64,000 nt of DNA, taken from an uncultured Gammaproteobacteria bacterium (GTDB taxonomy: Bacteria > Pseudomonadota > Gammaproteobacteria > Magnimaribacterales > D2472). The DNA is taken from positions 175-64,174 of the forward strand of contig CAXGZN010000001.1 of NCBI GenBank assembly GCA_964014565.1, written 5' to 3'. Shown here one piece after another: positions 1 to 9,102 of the stretch. The position numbers and the translations under genes were made by a program. The notes under the pieces are model-generated. The model was given only the letters and a program-made list of their open reading frames with translations. It was not told where the DNA came from and ran no database searches. Every line of letters starts with the position of its first letter. Position 1 is the first letter of the stretch.

Positions 1-298
1 CATCAGATTCAACATACTCCATAGGACCTGAAATATTAATGCCTGCATTATTCACTAGACAATTTAAGCCATTTTTGCCTAATTGAGATTCAACTAAATT
101 AGCCGCCTCCTTAATTGCATTAATATCTGTGACATCAAAGATAAGAGGAGTGAAACCTTCTCCACATATATCTGTTAGTTTATCTCCATCATTTTGATTT
201 CGTACACTCCCGAAAACTTTCCAACCAATTTGTGAGAAGTGTTCACATATTGCAGCTCCAATTCCTGAAGAAGATCCTGTAACTAATATAGATTTCAT
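1..298 (-). CDS. short-chain dehydrogenase/reductase (SDR), N-terminal part; the gene runs off the window start
   Basis: My own translation of the minus strand from the ATG at 296-298 gives MKSILVTGSSSGIGAAICEHF...LVNNAGINISGP. It has the TGxxxGIG Rossmann motif and the NNAG motif of classical SDRs. It is absent from the ORF track because it is truncated by the window edge. Confidence 0.7.
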   Translation of the reverse strand, partial: MKSILVTGSSSGIGAAICEHFSQIGWKVFGSVRNQNDGDKLTDICGEGFTPLIFDVTDINAIKEAANLVESQLGKNGLNCLVNNAGINISGPMEYVESD

Positions 299-317
299 AT
301 AATCATTTTATACTAAA

Positions 318-668
318 TGGTGGAGGCGGCGGGAATTGAACCCGCGTCCGTTAGTCCTTCAACCTCACTTCTACATGCTTAGCTCATTCTATTATCATTT
401 GTCTTGATAACCCGAAGAGCAGGACATCAAGATAGATCTCGATTTAAGTTTCATCAAGTTATGCTCGAGAAACAAAACTTAACTAGGCTACGTAAATGAC
501 CGCTGTTTCAGACCGTAACCATTCTTTACAGCAGGTTTAGCTATTTAAGCAGCTAAAGCGTAGTTGTCGTTATTTGCAACTAAAATTTTGAAGTAATTTT
601 TACAAGAAAACTTCATTCTTGACATGCGCTTTGGAATCCAATAAAAACGTCGAATCCTATTCGCCCCC
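318..668 (-). ncRNA. ssrA: tmRNA (SsrA), one-piece, about 351 nt
   Basis: The minus strand starts GGGGGCGAAUAGGAUUCGACG and ends GCGGGUUCAAUUCCCGCCGCCUCCACCA. The acceptor stem GGGGGCG/CGCCUCC includes the G3-U pair, followed by a T-arm and CCA. The internal tag frame GCA AAT AAC GAC AAC TAC GCT TTA GCT GCT TAA (577..545) encodes ANNDNYALAA. It lies directly downstream of smpB. Confidence 0.92.
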
Positions 669-692
669 AAAAAGGGATGAAATTATACAATA

Positions 693-1148
693 TTATTTAT
701 TTTTAAGAGAAGATTTTAGTGTCCTTGCCTGGTCTCTTTTCCAATCTCTTTCTTTAATATCCTGTCTTCTGTCATATGATTTTTTACCCTTTCCAACTAC
801 GATATCGCATTTAACAAGATTGTTTTTCCAATACATTTTTTTTAAAACGCACGTAAGACCCTTTTTCTTAACAGAATCATCTAATTGGAATATCTCTTTT
901 TTATTCAATAAAAGTTTTTTTGATCTTGTGGGATCAAGGTTTTCATTTTTCAGTGAACTAGGTGGATCAATTTTAAGGCCAATAAGCCAAGCTTCGTCCT
1001 TAATTAGCCGCACATAGGAATCTTTAACGTCAACTCTTCCTTCTCTGAGAGATTTAACTTCCCAGCCCTTGAGCATAATCCCTGCCTCGAAAGACTTAAT
1101 AAAAGTAAAGTTCCTTGAAGCATTTTTATTAGTGACAATTGCGGTCAT
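693..1148 (-). CDS. smpB: SsrA-binding protein SmpB
   Basis: 151 aa with typical SmpB sequence (NKNASRNFTF..EAGI.LKGWEVKSLR...LLLNKKEI..). It lies immediately upstream of ssrA on the same strand. Confidence 0.95.
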   Translation of the reverse strand: MTAIVTNKNASRNFTFIKSFEAGIMLKGWEVKSLREGRVDVKDSYVRLIKDEAWLIGLKIDPPSSLKNENLDPTRSKKLLLNKKEIFQLDDSVKKKGLTCVLKKMYWKNNLVKCDIVVGKGKKSYDRRQDIKERDWKRDQARTLKSSLKNK

Positions 1149-1194
1149 AACTTATAATTTTAACTTAGAATCAATAGACGCAATAAGATTATAT

Positions 1195-1626
1195 ATGCCT
1201 TTAAAAACCATTCAATTTTACGGATATCTTGGAGTACTGCCATTTATACTTTTTACGATAGCGCCATGGCTTAGTTCTGATTTTTCTGAAATCTCACTGA
1301 AGGCAATCTCATTTTATGGCGGAGTAATTATTTCATTCTTGGGTGGGACGGCCTGGGGATGGACTCCGAATAGCTTGGCTAATATAAGATTTGGCATAGC
1401 ATGCACATTTATAAATTTGGTAATCATATTTTTTGTTTTTCAAAACTTTCTTATTGCTTTATTGATCTGCTTTTTAACATTTCCACTAATTCTCTATTAC
1501 GAAACTAATAACAACTCTAGTTTTAAAAATGACAGCGAATATGCCGAAATGAGAAGGATTCTTACTTTATTAGTAACAATCTGCTATTTTATATGTCTTG
1601 CATTTGTTTTTAACCCATACACCTAG
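1195..1626 (+). CDS. multi-pass membrane protein, DUF3429-like
   Basis: The ORF 1069..1626 is trimmed to the in-frame ATG at 1195, because the upstream part overlaps smpB. The protein is hydrophobic, with LGVLPF and YGGVIISFLGGTAWGW motifs that resemble the DUF3429 family as I recall it. Confidence 0.5.
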   Translation: MPLKTIQFYGYLGVLPFILFTIAPWLSSDFSEISLKAISFYGGVIISFLGGTAWGWTPNSLANIRFGIACTFINLVIIFFVFQNFLIALLICFLTFPLILYYETNNNSSFKNDSEYAEMRRILTLLVTICYFICLAFVFNPYT

Positions 1627-1638
1627 CTGGAGGCAATA

Positions 1639-2976
1639 ATGGAACAGTTAAAATCTCATGGGAAATGGTCAGGAAAGTGGACCTTTATTTTAGCAGCTAC
1701 TGGCTCTGCTGTTGGATTGGGAAATATATGGGGATTTCCTTACATGGCTGGTACCAATGGTGGCGGTGCATTTGTTTTAATTTATTTAGCATGTATTTTA
1801 ATGATTGGCCTGCCAATTATGATGGCTGAAATAGTAATTGGAAGAAGAGCATCCAGCAGTCCAGTTAATTCAATGAAGTCTGCAGCTTTAGACTCAAATA
1901 GATCTTCTAATTGGCAGCTTATCGGATGGGGCGGACTTGTTGCCGGTATATTAATACTATCTTTTTATAGTGTCCTTGCTGGCATATGTATAAATTATAT
2001 TTTTATTTCAGCTCTTCCTGATTTACAACTATCCTCTGAAGAGCAGTTCAGCATTACTACATCTTCAGCCTCCAATTTACTGATTTGGCACACTATTTTT
2101 ATAGTCACAACTGCAGGTGTTATAGCTAGTGGTGTTAAAAATGGAATTGGGAGATTTGTAAGAGTTCTTATGCCTCTTCTTGGTTTTATTTTGATTCTAA
2201 TGGTTTTAAATGCAGTTATTAATGGTGATTTTCTAAAAGGTTTACAGTTCCTATTTAGCCCAGATTTCAGTCAAGTAAACTCTCAGACATTCTTAAGTGC
2301 CATGGGGCAAGCTTTTTTTAGTTTGAGTTTAGGTATGGGAGCAATCATGACATATGGAGCATATATGTCTGATGACCAAAAAATATTAAGTACTTCAATC
2401 ACTGTTGGTGGCTTGGATACACTTGTTGCTCTAATGGCAGGTCTTGCAATATTCCCAATAATCTTTGCATCAGGACTTCAAGTAAATAGTGGTGGAGTTG
2501 GGTTAGTATTTATAACACTTTCACAAACATTCGAAACAATGTTTTTGGGGCAAGTTTTTGGACCTTTATTTTTTATACTGCTTGTTATTGCTTCACTGAG
2601 TTCCTCTATATCTTTACTGGAGCCAAGCGTAGCCTACTTTTCAGAGAAGAATATTATTTCAAGAAAAAGTGCTGCATTTATATTTAGTTTTCTAGCATGG
2701 TTTCTTGGAATAGGAAGTGTGCTTAGTTTTAATGTTTTAAGCGACTTCCAACTTCTTGGAGAAAGAACAATCCTTGATTCAATTGTTTTTATTGGCAACA
2801 ACTTACTTTTACCTTTAGGCGGACTTTTTGTAGCAGTTTTTGTTGGTTGGTTTATGAAAAAAGAACTAATTCAAGAACAACTACAATTAAGTGATGGAAT
2901 TTTAAATACTTGGTACTTCTTTATTAGGTTTGTGGCTCCAATTGCAGTAGGCATGATTCTAATTACTCAAATATGA
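1639..2976 (+). CDS. sodium-dependent transporter, neurotransmitter:sodium symporter (SNF/NSS) family
   Basis: 445 aa, polytopic. It has the N-terminal signature GLGNIWGFPYMAGTNGGGAFVLIY. A GGAGG Shine-Dalgarno sequence sits just upstream. Confidence 0.9.
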   Translation: MEQLKSHGKWSGKWTFILAATGSAVGLGNIWGFPYMAGTNGGGAFVLIYLACILMIGLPIMMAEIVIGRRASSSPVNSMKSAALDSNRSSNWQLIGWGGLVAGILILSFYSVLAGICINYIFISALPDLQLSSEEQFSITTSSASNLLIWHTIFIVTTAGVIASGVKNGIGRFVRVLMPLLGFILILMVLNAVINGDFLKGLQFLFSPDFSQVNSQTFLSAMGQAFFSLSLGMGAIMTYGAYMSDDQKILSTSITVGGLDTLVALMAGLAIFPIIFASGLQVNSGGVGLVFITLSQTFETMFLGQVFGPLFFILLVIASLSSSISLLEPSVAYFSEKNIISRKSAAFIFSFLAWFLGIGSVLSFNVLSDFQLLGERTILDSIVFIGNNLLLPLGGLFVAVFVGWFMKKELIQEQLQLSDGILNTWYFFIRFVAPIAVGMILITQI

Positions 2977-2979
2977 TTA

Positions 2980-3438
2980 ATGAAAAAAAAATTCGAAGTA
3001 ACCCGTATTCTTCCTTATAAGCACACTTTAGTATTTGAGCAAATTGTTAATTTTGAAAGGTATGAACAATATTTACCTTTTTGCAGTGCATCTAGGTCAT
3101 TAAGTTCGGATAATAAAAATTTTTCTCAAATTGGAGAGCTAGAATTTGAGATTGCTGGAGTGAGTTACAAGATTAAGTCTGGAAATGTAATCGAAGATAA
3201 AAGGATCCTAATAACTCAAATTAATGGACCATTTGAGGAAATGAACGCTTCTTGGGATGCTGAACAGCTAGATGATGAAAGCTGCAAGATTTCATTTAAA
3301 GTTAATGCAAAGGTTCCTTATTTTTTAGGAGTTCTCTTAAGTGAATCAACAGTTGAAAGATTTGTAAATATTTTTCTGGATAGCTTTGTAAATGATTTAG
3401 ATGCAAGGATTAAAAAAGAAACAAAAGCAACCAGATAA
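2980..3438 (+). CDS. ratA: SRPBCC/START-fold protein of the RatA (YfjG, Coq10-like) family
   Basis: 152 aa. The YEQYLPFC and GPFEEMNASW...C.ISF patterns align with my recollection of E. coli RatA. The smpB/ratA/bamE neighbourhood is conserved in E. coli. Confidence 0.75.
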   Translation: MKKKFEVTRILPYKHTLVFEQIVNFERYEQYLPFCSASRSLSSDNKNFSQIGELEFEIAGVSYKIKSGNVIEDKRILITQINGPFEEMNASWDAEQLDDESCKISFKVNAKVPYFLGVLLSESTVERFVNIFLDSFVNDLDARIKKETKATR

Positions 3439-3567
3439 AAAATATATCCCAAAGGAATCAAATAAAAAGATTCAATCAAGATCCCTTCGTCATTTATATA
3501 AATTTCGCTATTAAAATAAATAATATGAAGGAGGATACCTAAAAAGAGAGTGCTTAAAACAAAAACC

Positions 3568-3900
3568 TTAGTCAGAAACAATTTCCCATGACGATAAAAG
3601 GTTTTCGTCATCAAAGATTACAACTAGTTTCTTTTCTACAATTTTCTCATCTCCAACGGTAATAAGATTTAGGTAATCCCATCTATTTGAGCGAAAAGGG
3701 TCTTTTATCATTGGCGAACCTAAAATGAACTGTACTTGATCCATTGATTGACCAACTTGAAGCTTTTCAATATCTTCTTCTTCAAAAATATTACCTTGTG
3801 TAACGGGGACCTTATAGAAACTGAATGATGAACAAGCAGAAATTAAAAAAATTAGTAGAAATGCAGTTGAAACTTTTAGATTTTCTTTCATAATAATCAT
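3568..3900 (-). CDS. bamE: outer-membrane assembly lipoprotein BamE (SmpA/OmlA)
   Basis: 110 aa with a signal peptide, lipobox LISAC and the motif GQSMDQVQFILGSP. It is divergent from fur, like omlA-fur in Pseudomonas. Confidence 0.8.
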   Translation of the reverse strand: MIIMKENLKVSTAFLLIFLISACSSFSFYKVPVTQGNIFEEEDIEKLQVGQSMDQVQFILGSPMIKDPFRSNRWDYLNLITVGDEKIVEKKLVVIFDDENLLSSWEIVSD

Positions 3901-3937
3901 CGATTATACTAAAGGAAGTAAATTAATCTATAACTTT

Positions 3938-4348
3938 ATGAGCACACAAGACGCTGTTAAAAAAGCTGGACTTAAAGCAACTTTACCAAGAATGTTGATA
4001 CTTGAGGTGTTAACAAAAACTATTGATAGTGAAGTTCATCTAAGCGCGGAAGACATTTATAAAGATCTTCTAACGAGCGGTGACGATGTTGGCTTAGCAA
4101 CTGTTTATAGAGTTCTATCACAATTTGAATCTGCTGGAATAGTTACCAGACATAACTTTGAAGAGGGGCACTCAGTCTATGAGATGACCCAAGATCATCA
4201 TCATGACCATATGGTTTGCGTTGATACTGGAAAAACTATTGAGTTTCATGATCCAGAAATTGAAAAGAGACAAGATAATATTGCTGCTAGTCATGGGTAT
4301 GAGATTGTAGAGAGAAGTTCAGTTATTTTCGTCAAAAAGACTAATTAA
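3938..4348 (+). CDS. fur: ferric uptake regulator Fur
   Basis: 136 aa with an N-terminal winged helix (LKATLPRMLILEVL), an HHHDH metal-site cluster and the typical C-terminal dimerisation region. Confidence 0.92.
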   Translation: MSTQDAVKKAGLKATLPRMLILEVLTKTIDSEVHLSAEDIYKDLLTSGDDVGLATVYRVLSQFESAGIVTRHNFEEGHSVYEMTQDHHHDHMVCVDTGKTIEFHDPEIEKRQDNIAASHGYEIVERSSVIFVKKTN

Positions 4349-4354
4349 AAAAAG

Positions 4355-4382
4355 CTTGAAGTAATTCCACAAATCCCTATAT
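4355..4382 (+). promoter_or_regulatory. sigma-32 (heat-shock) promoter for grpE-dnaK-dnaJ
   Basis: CTTGAA (4355-4360), a 14-nt spacer, then CCCTATAT (4375-4382). This compares with the consensus CTTGAAA-N13-15-CCCCATNT. It lies 19 nt upstream of the grpE ATG. Confidence 0.65.
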
Positions 4383-4400
4383 ATCTTCTAGGGAGAAAAT

Positions 4401-4919
4401 ATGTCTAAAGAAAAGAATGAAGATATCAAAGATGATATTCATTCCGAATCTGAATCTGAGGAACTTGAGGATTCCAATGAAGTTTCAGATGAAGAAAGAA
4501 TAGCTGAATTAGAAGACACGATACTTAGATTAAGAGCTGAACTTGATAATTCCCAGAAGCGTTCTGTGACTGAAGTAGAAAAAGCTCATAAATATGGTGT
4601 TGAGAGATTGCTTTTAGAGTTATTGCCTGTTGTAGACAATTTAGAACACGCATTAAAAAACTTAAGTAAGGATGTTTCTGACTCTGATAAAGAGGGTATT
4701 GAGTTAACACTTAAGTCTTTTGAGTCTGCTCTTGATAAATTTGGAATTAGTCCTATTTATCCCATTAGTGAGGATTTTGATCCGATTCAGCACGAGGCTG
4801 TCTCTGTAGTTAAGGATGAAAAACATTCTGACAATAAGATTGTTGAAGTGATGCAAAAGGGATGGAGACTTCATGAGAGAGTTATTAGACCAGCAAGAGT
4901 TGTGGTCATAAAAAATTAG
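4401..4919 (+). CDS. grpE: nucleotide exchange factor GrpE
   Basis: 172 aa with an acidic N-terminus, the RLRAELDNSQKR motif and a conserved C-terminal beta domain. It lies directly upstream of dnaK. Confidence 0.92.
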   Translation: MSKEKNEDIKDDIHSESESEELEDSNEVSDEERIAELEDTILRLRAELDNSQKRSVTEVEKAHKYGVERLLLELLPVVDNLEHALKNLSKDVSDSDKEGIELTLKSFESALDKFGISPIYPISEDFDPIQHEAVSVVKDEKHSDNKIVEVMQKGWRLHERVIRPARVVVIKN

Positions 4920-4928
4920 AGGAAATTT

Positions 4929-6851
4929 ATGTCAAAAATAATAGGAATAGATTTAGGTACAACAAATAGTTGTGTTGCTGTTGTAGAGGGACAACAGCCA
5001 AAAGTTATTGAAAATTCAGAAGGTGGAAGAACCACTCCTTCAGTTATTGCTTATACTGATGGCGATGAAGTTCTTGTTGGAACACCTGCCAAAAGACAGG
5101 CTGTAACCAATCCTGAAAAAACTCTGTACGCCATAAAAAGATTAATAGGAAGAAGATTTAGCGATGATGTTGTTAAAAAAGATGCCGATATGGTTCCTTA
5201 CAAGATTATTAAAGCAGACAATGGTGATGCTTGGGTTGGGATAGATGACAAAAAATTAGCACCTCCACAAGTTTCTGCAGAGATACTCAAGAAAATGAAA
5301 AAAACTGCTGAAGATTATCTCGGCACAGATGTTAAGGAAGCAGTTATAACTGTCCCAGCTTATTTTAATGACTCCCAAAGACAGGCCACAAAAGATGCTG
5401 GGAAGATAGCAGGCTTAGAAGTAAAGAGAATAATTAATGAACCAACTGCAGCTGCATTGGCATACGGCCTTGATAAAGGTAAGGGAGATTCAGTTATTGC
5501 TGTATATGACCTTGGTGGCGGAACTTTTGATATTTCGATAATTGAAATATCGGAAGTTGATGGCGAACATCAGTTTGAGGTGCTATCTACAAATGGAGAT
5601 ACTTTCCTCGGGGGAGAGGATTTTGATTTAAGATTGATAGACTTTTTTGTTGAAGAGTTTAAAAAAGATTCAGGGTTTGATTTGAAAAGCGATCCGTTAG
5701 CTCTACAAAGATTGAAAGAGGCTGCAGAAAAGGCAAAAATAGAATTATCTTCTTCAGAGCAGACTGAGGTTAATTTGCCTTACATTACTGCGGATGCTAG
5801 TGGTCCAAAGCACTTTGTTCAAAAAATTACTAGGGCTAAGTTAGAGTCATTAGTTGAAGATTTAGTTGATAGAAGTATTTCTCCTCTTGAAACAGCATTA
5901 AAAGATGCAAAACTTTCAAAGGATAAAATTGATGATGTTCTTCTTGTTGGCGGCCAAACTAGAATGCCTCTCGTTCAGAAAAAAGTCCAAGATTTCTTTG
6001 GAAAAGAGCCGCGAAAAGATTTAAACCCTGATGAAGCTGTTGCAATTGGTGCAGCGATTCAAGGATCAGTTTTATCTGGCGATACAAAAGATGTACTTCT
6101 TCTAGATGTTACACCTTTAACGCTAGGAATCGAGACTCTTGGAGGAGTAGCAACACCTTTAATTGAAAAGAATACGACTATTCCAACTCAAAAATCACAA
6201 GTTTTTTCAACTGCTGAGGATAATCAAACTGCTGTTACGGTTCATGTAATCCAAGGCGAAAGAAAACAGGCAGCTCAAAATAAATCATTAGGGCAATTTA
6301 ATCTTACTGATATACCTCCAGCAGCCAGAGGAATGCCTCAAATCGAAGTTTCTTTTGATTTAGATGCTAATGGTATTTTGAATGTTTCAGCAAAAGATAA
6401 AAATTCTGGCAAAGAACAATCCATAGTCATTAAAGCTTCAAGTGGATTATCAGATGAAGACATTGAAAAAATGGTAAAAGATGCTGAAGCAAATGCTGAG
6501 GATGATGCCAAGTTTGAAGAGCTTGTAAAAGTTAAAAATAATGCTGACATGTTATGTCATGCAACAAGGAAAACTGTTTCTGATTCGGGTGACAAATTAT
6601 CAGATGAAGAAAAAGAACAGATTGAAGCAGCAGTTAAAGGTCTTGAGGATGCAGCTAAAGCAGAAAATGTTGAGCAAATTGAAGAAGCAACCAAAACACT
6701 AAATGATGTATTAACTCCTTTATCATCTAAACTTTATAATCAACAACAAGATGGAGAACCCAATCCTCCAGAAGGCGCTGAAGATTCTCAGAGTAGTGAT
6801 GACAATACGGTTGAAGCTGACTTTGAGGAAGTTCAAGAAGAGGATAAGTAG
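4929..6851 (+). CDS. dnaK: molecular chaperone DnaK (Hsp70)
   Basis: 640 aa with the [22 protein letters not shown] and [11 protein letters not shown] motifs. Confidence 0.98.
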   Translation: MSKIIGIDLGTTNSCVAVVEGQQPKVIENSEGGRTTPSVIAYTDGDEVLVGTPAKRQAVTNPEKTLYAIKRLIGRRFSDDVVKKDADMVPYKIIKADNGDAWVGIDDKKLAPPQVSAEILKKMKKTAEDYLGTDVKEAVITVPAYFNDSQRQATKDAGKIAGLEVKRIINEPTAAALAYGLDKGKGDSVIAVYDLGGGTFDISIIEISEVDGEHQFEVLSTNGDTFLGGEDFDLRLIDFFVEEFKKDSGFDLKSDPLALQRLKEAAEKAKIELSSSEQTEVNLPYITADASGPKHFVQKITRAKLESLVEDLVDRSISPLETALKDAKLSKDKIDDVLLVGGQTRMPLVQKKVQDFFGKEPRKDLNPDEAVAIGAAIQGSVLSGDTKDVLLLDVTPLTLGIETLGGVATPLIEKNTTIPTQKSQVFSTAEDNQTAVTVHVIQGERKQAAQNKSLGQFNLTDIPPAARGMPQIEVSFDLDANGILNVSAKDKNSGKEQSIVIKASSGLSDEDIEKMVKDAEANAEDDAKFEELVKVKNNADMLCHATRKTVSDSGDKLSDEEKEQIEAAVKGLEDAAKAENVEQIEEATKTLNDVLTPLSSKLYNQQQDGEPNPPEGAEDSQSSDDNTVEADFEEVQEEDK

Positions 6852-6866
6852 TAATACTTCTTTATC

Positions 6867-7976
6867 ATGTCAAAAAGAGACTATTACGATGTTTTAGGAG
6901 TCTCTAAAAGTGCTTCAGATTCAGAATTAAAGAAAGCTTTTAAAAAGCTCGCCATGAAATATCATCCTGATAGGAATCCTGATGACGATTCAGCAGCCGA
7001 AAAATTTAAAGAAGCTGCCGAAGCATATGATGTTTTATCTGATCCACAAAAAAAATCTACATACGATCAGTTTGGTCATGCAGGAGTGCAAGGCATGGGC
7101 GGAGGCCCAAATTTCAATGACATGAATTTCTCAGATATAGGGGATATATTTGGAGATATTTTTGGAGATATATTTGGCGGTGGTAGATCATCAAGTAGAA
7201 GAGTCCGAAGAGGCCAAGATCTCCAATATAACCTAAATTTATCTTTAAAAGATGCTGTTTTAGGAACCAAGATTAAAATTAAAGTTCCAGCTCAATCACA
7301 GTGCAATGATTGTTCTGGATCAGGTGCAAAACCCGGAACTTCCCCGAAAGTTTGTTCTGCCTGTGGAGGTTCAGGACAGATTAGGATGCAGCAGGGATTT
7401 TTTTCTCTTCAACAAACATGTGGAACCTGTGGAGGCGCGGGGCAAGTGATATCTGAATATTGTTCATCATGTTCAGGAAAAGGAACTATTGAAAAGGTAA
7501 AGACTTTATCAGTAAATATTCCTGCTGGAGTAGATAGTGGAGACAGGGTTAGACTATCTGGAGAGGGAAACTGGGCAAGAGATGCACAGCCTGGAGATCT
7601 ATATGTTGCTGTGCGAGTTGATGATCATCCTATCCTTGAAAGAGATGGCAAAGATTTATTTATAGAAGCTCCTATACCTTTTTATAAAGCTATCACAGGA
7701 GGCTCAATTGAAATTCCCTCTTTAGAAAAGAATATCTCACTTAAAATTCCACCATATACTCAAACTGGAAAAATTTTTAGAATAAAAGGTAAAGGTGCAA
7801 GTCACATAAGATCGAGGGGTAGGGGTGATTTATTATGCAGAGTAATTGTTGAAATACCTTCAACACTTGATAAAAAACAACTCAAATCACTTGAAGAATT
7901 TTCAAAATCAACAGATGAAAGCAAGAATTTCCCTGGTACTGATCAATTCAAAAAGGTATTCAAAGAGTTAGATTAA
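6867..7976 (+). CDS. dnaJ: co-chaperone DnaJ (Hsp40)
   Basis: 369 aa. It has a J-domain (DYYDVLGV...HPDRN), a G/F region and four CxxCxGxG zinc motifs. Confidence 0.97.
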   Translation: MSKRDYYDVLGVSKSASDSELKKAFKKLAMKYHPDRNPDDDSAAEKFKEAAEAYDVLSDPQKKSTYDQFGHAGVQGMGGGPNFNDMNFSDIGDIFGDIFGDIFGGGRSSSRRVRRGQDLQYNLNLSLKDAVLGTKIKIKVPAQSQCNDCSGSGAKPGTSPKVCSACGGSGQIRMQQGFFSLQQTCGTCGGAGQVISEYCSSCSGKGTIEKVKTLSVNIPAGVDSGDRVRLSGEGNWARDAQPGDLYVAVRVDDHPILERDGKDLFIEAPIPFYKAITGGSIEIPSLEKNISLKIPPYTQTGKIFRIKGKGASHIRSRGRGDLLCRVIVEIPSTLDKKQLKSLEEFSKSTDESKNFPGTDQFKKVFKELD

Positions 7977-7984
7977 ATTTCTCT

Positions 7985-8012
7985 TTGATTTATGTACCAT
8001 TTTCTATAAAAT
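7985..8012 (+). promoter_or_regulatory. candidate sigma-70 promoter for rpsB
   Basis: TTGATT (7985-7990), a 16-nt spacer, then TAAAAT (8007-8012). This would give a leader of roughly 95 nt. AT-rich DNA makes such matches common. Confidence 0.3.
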
Positions 8013-8112
8013 ACACTAACTTTTAATCACGAAAGCCTTATTAAAGATTGATTTGGGTGCTTTTTTTAAAGTTTTTCAATTATAGGCTGGAGAAATAACC
8101 CAGGAGGAAAAT

Positions 8113-9102
8113 ATGAGTATTGTCTCAATAAAAGACCTGCTTCAGGCAGGCGTTCATTTTGGTCATCAATCAAGATTCTGGAATCCAAAAATGGAAGAAT
8201 ATATATTTGATACCAGAAAAAAAATAAGCATTATCAATCTAGAAACAACCCAAAGTCAGTTAAATGCAGCTGCATCTAGAGTTGAATCTATTTGCTCAAG
8301 AGGAAACAAATTACTATTTGTTGGAACAAAAAGATCAGCAAGCAAATCAATTAGAGAAAAAGCATCATCGCTTGGCCTACCTTATGTAGATAAAAGATGG
8401 CTTGGTGGAACATTGACAAACTGGAAAACTATTCGAAGCTCGATCAGAAGGCTCTCGGATTTAGAGGAAATGATGTCATCAGGCAGGATTGAAAAACTTT
8501 CAAAAAAAGAGGCACTTGAGATATCAAGAGAGCATCAAAAACTGATGGAATCAATTGGCGGTATTAAAAACATGAAAGGGCTTCCTGATGCCTTATTTGT
8601 TATCGATGTTAAACATGAAAAAATTGCAGTAACTGAAGCTCAAAAAATGGGAATTCCAGTTATTGGGCTTGTTGATACAAACTCTAACCCTGAAGGTATA
8701 GATGTTGTTATTCCTGGAAACGATGACGCAATCAGATCGATTAAGTTAGTCCTTGAAGTTATAGGTGAGGCTTGTGAGAGAGGCCTAGAATCAAAACAAG
8801 GTTATGCTCCTGAAACATCTAGCGATGAATCAGTTCCAGTTATACATAAAGTAAGTGAAGTAAAAATTACTTCAGGTAAGGCTTTAAATATAGTCGATGA
8901 AGCAACGAAAGATGATTTCTTACCTGAAGAGAGCATTGAAGAAACTAATGTTGAAGATGATAAAAAAGAGTCAGAAAATCAAGAAAATGCAGAAGTAACT
9001 GAAGAGGCTTCCGCTAATGAGGAAACCGAAGTTAAGAGTGGCGTTTCTGAAGAGGAACCAAAAGAAGAGAAAGCTGAAGAAAGCGAAAAAGGAGAAACCT
9101 AA
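8113..9102 (+). CDS. rpsB: 30S ribosomal protein S2 with a long acidic C-terminal extension
   Basis: 329 aa. The S2 core ([15 protein letters not shown] ... [10 protein letters not shown]) is followed by an E/D-rich tail. The Shine-Dalgarno sequence is AGGAGG. Confidence 0.95.
   Translation: MSIVSIKDLLQAGVHFGHQSRFWNPKMEEYIFDTRKKISIINLETTQSQLNAAASRVESICSRGNKLLFVGTKRSASKSIREKASSLGLPYVDKRWLGGTLTNWKTIRSSIRRLSDLEEMMSSGRIEKLSKKEALEISREHQKLMESIGGIKNMKGLPDALFVIDVKHEKIAVTEAQKMGIPVIGLVDTNSNPEGIDVVIPGNDDAIRSIKLVLEVIGEACERGLESKQGYAPETSSDESVPVIHKVSEVKITSGKALNIVDEATKDDFLPEESIEETNVEDDKKESENQENAEVTEEASANEETEVKSGVSEEEPKEEKAEESEKGET

Noticed and set aside
1-700. ssrA as a genomic-island integration site. I looked for an integrase or a duplicated tmRNA 3' end next to ssrA.
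   Set aside because: The tmRNA 3' end is followed 19 nt later by an ordinary SDR gene. No integrase and no second copy of the GGTTCAATTCCCGCC segment are visible in the window.
619-1017. A 132-aa plus-strand ORF from the ORF track.
   Set aside because: It overlaps the 5' end of the tmRNA gene and runs antisense through most of smpB. Its composition is low-complexity (S/F/L-rich), typical of the mirror frame of a real gene.
1069-1194. The N-terminal 42 codons of the 185-aa ORF 1069..1626.
   Set aside because: This part overlaps the smpB coding region on the opposite strand by 80 nt. The in-frame ATG at 1195 gives a normal divergent spacer, and the conserved DUF3429-like part begins after it.
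3318-3614. A 98-aa minus-strand ORF with two hydrophobic segments that covers the ratA/bamE gap.
   Set aside because: It has no alternative start. It would overlap bamE by 47 nt and convergent ratA by 121 nt, and I recognise no family. I kept it only as a possibility under the gap finding.
3886-3904. A possible Fur box (..ATAATCAT..) in the bamE/fur divergent region.
   Set aside because: The best alignment to GATAATGATAATCATTATC gives only about 12 of 19 matches. It overlaps the bamE start codon, which is not distinguishable from background in AT-rich DNA.
7138-7183. A tandem 12-nt repeat (GGAGATATATTT x3).
   Set aside because: It lies inside dnaJ and simply encodes the [14 protein letters not shown] part of the normal G/F-rich linker. 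It is not a non-coding repeat or array.
7977-8112. An intrinsic terminator after dnaJ, or a structured S2 leader, around AAAGCC...GGGTGCTTTTTTT.
   Set aside because: Only 5-bp AU-rich pairings can be drawn, for example AATCA/TGATT and AGCCT/AGGCT over a long range. The T-run has no convincing upstream GC hairpin.
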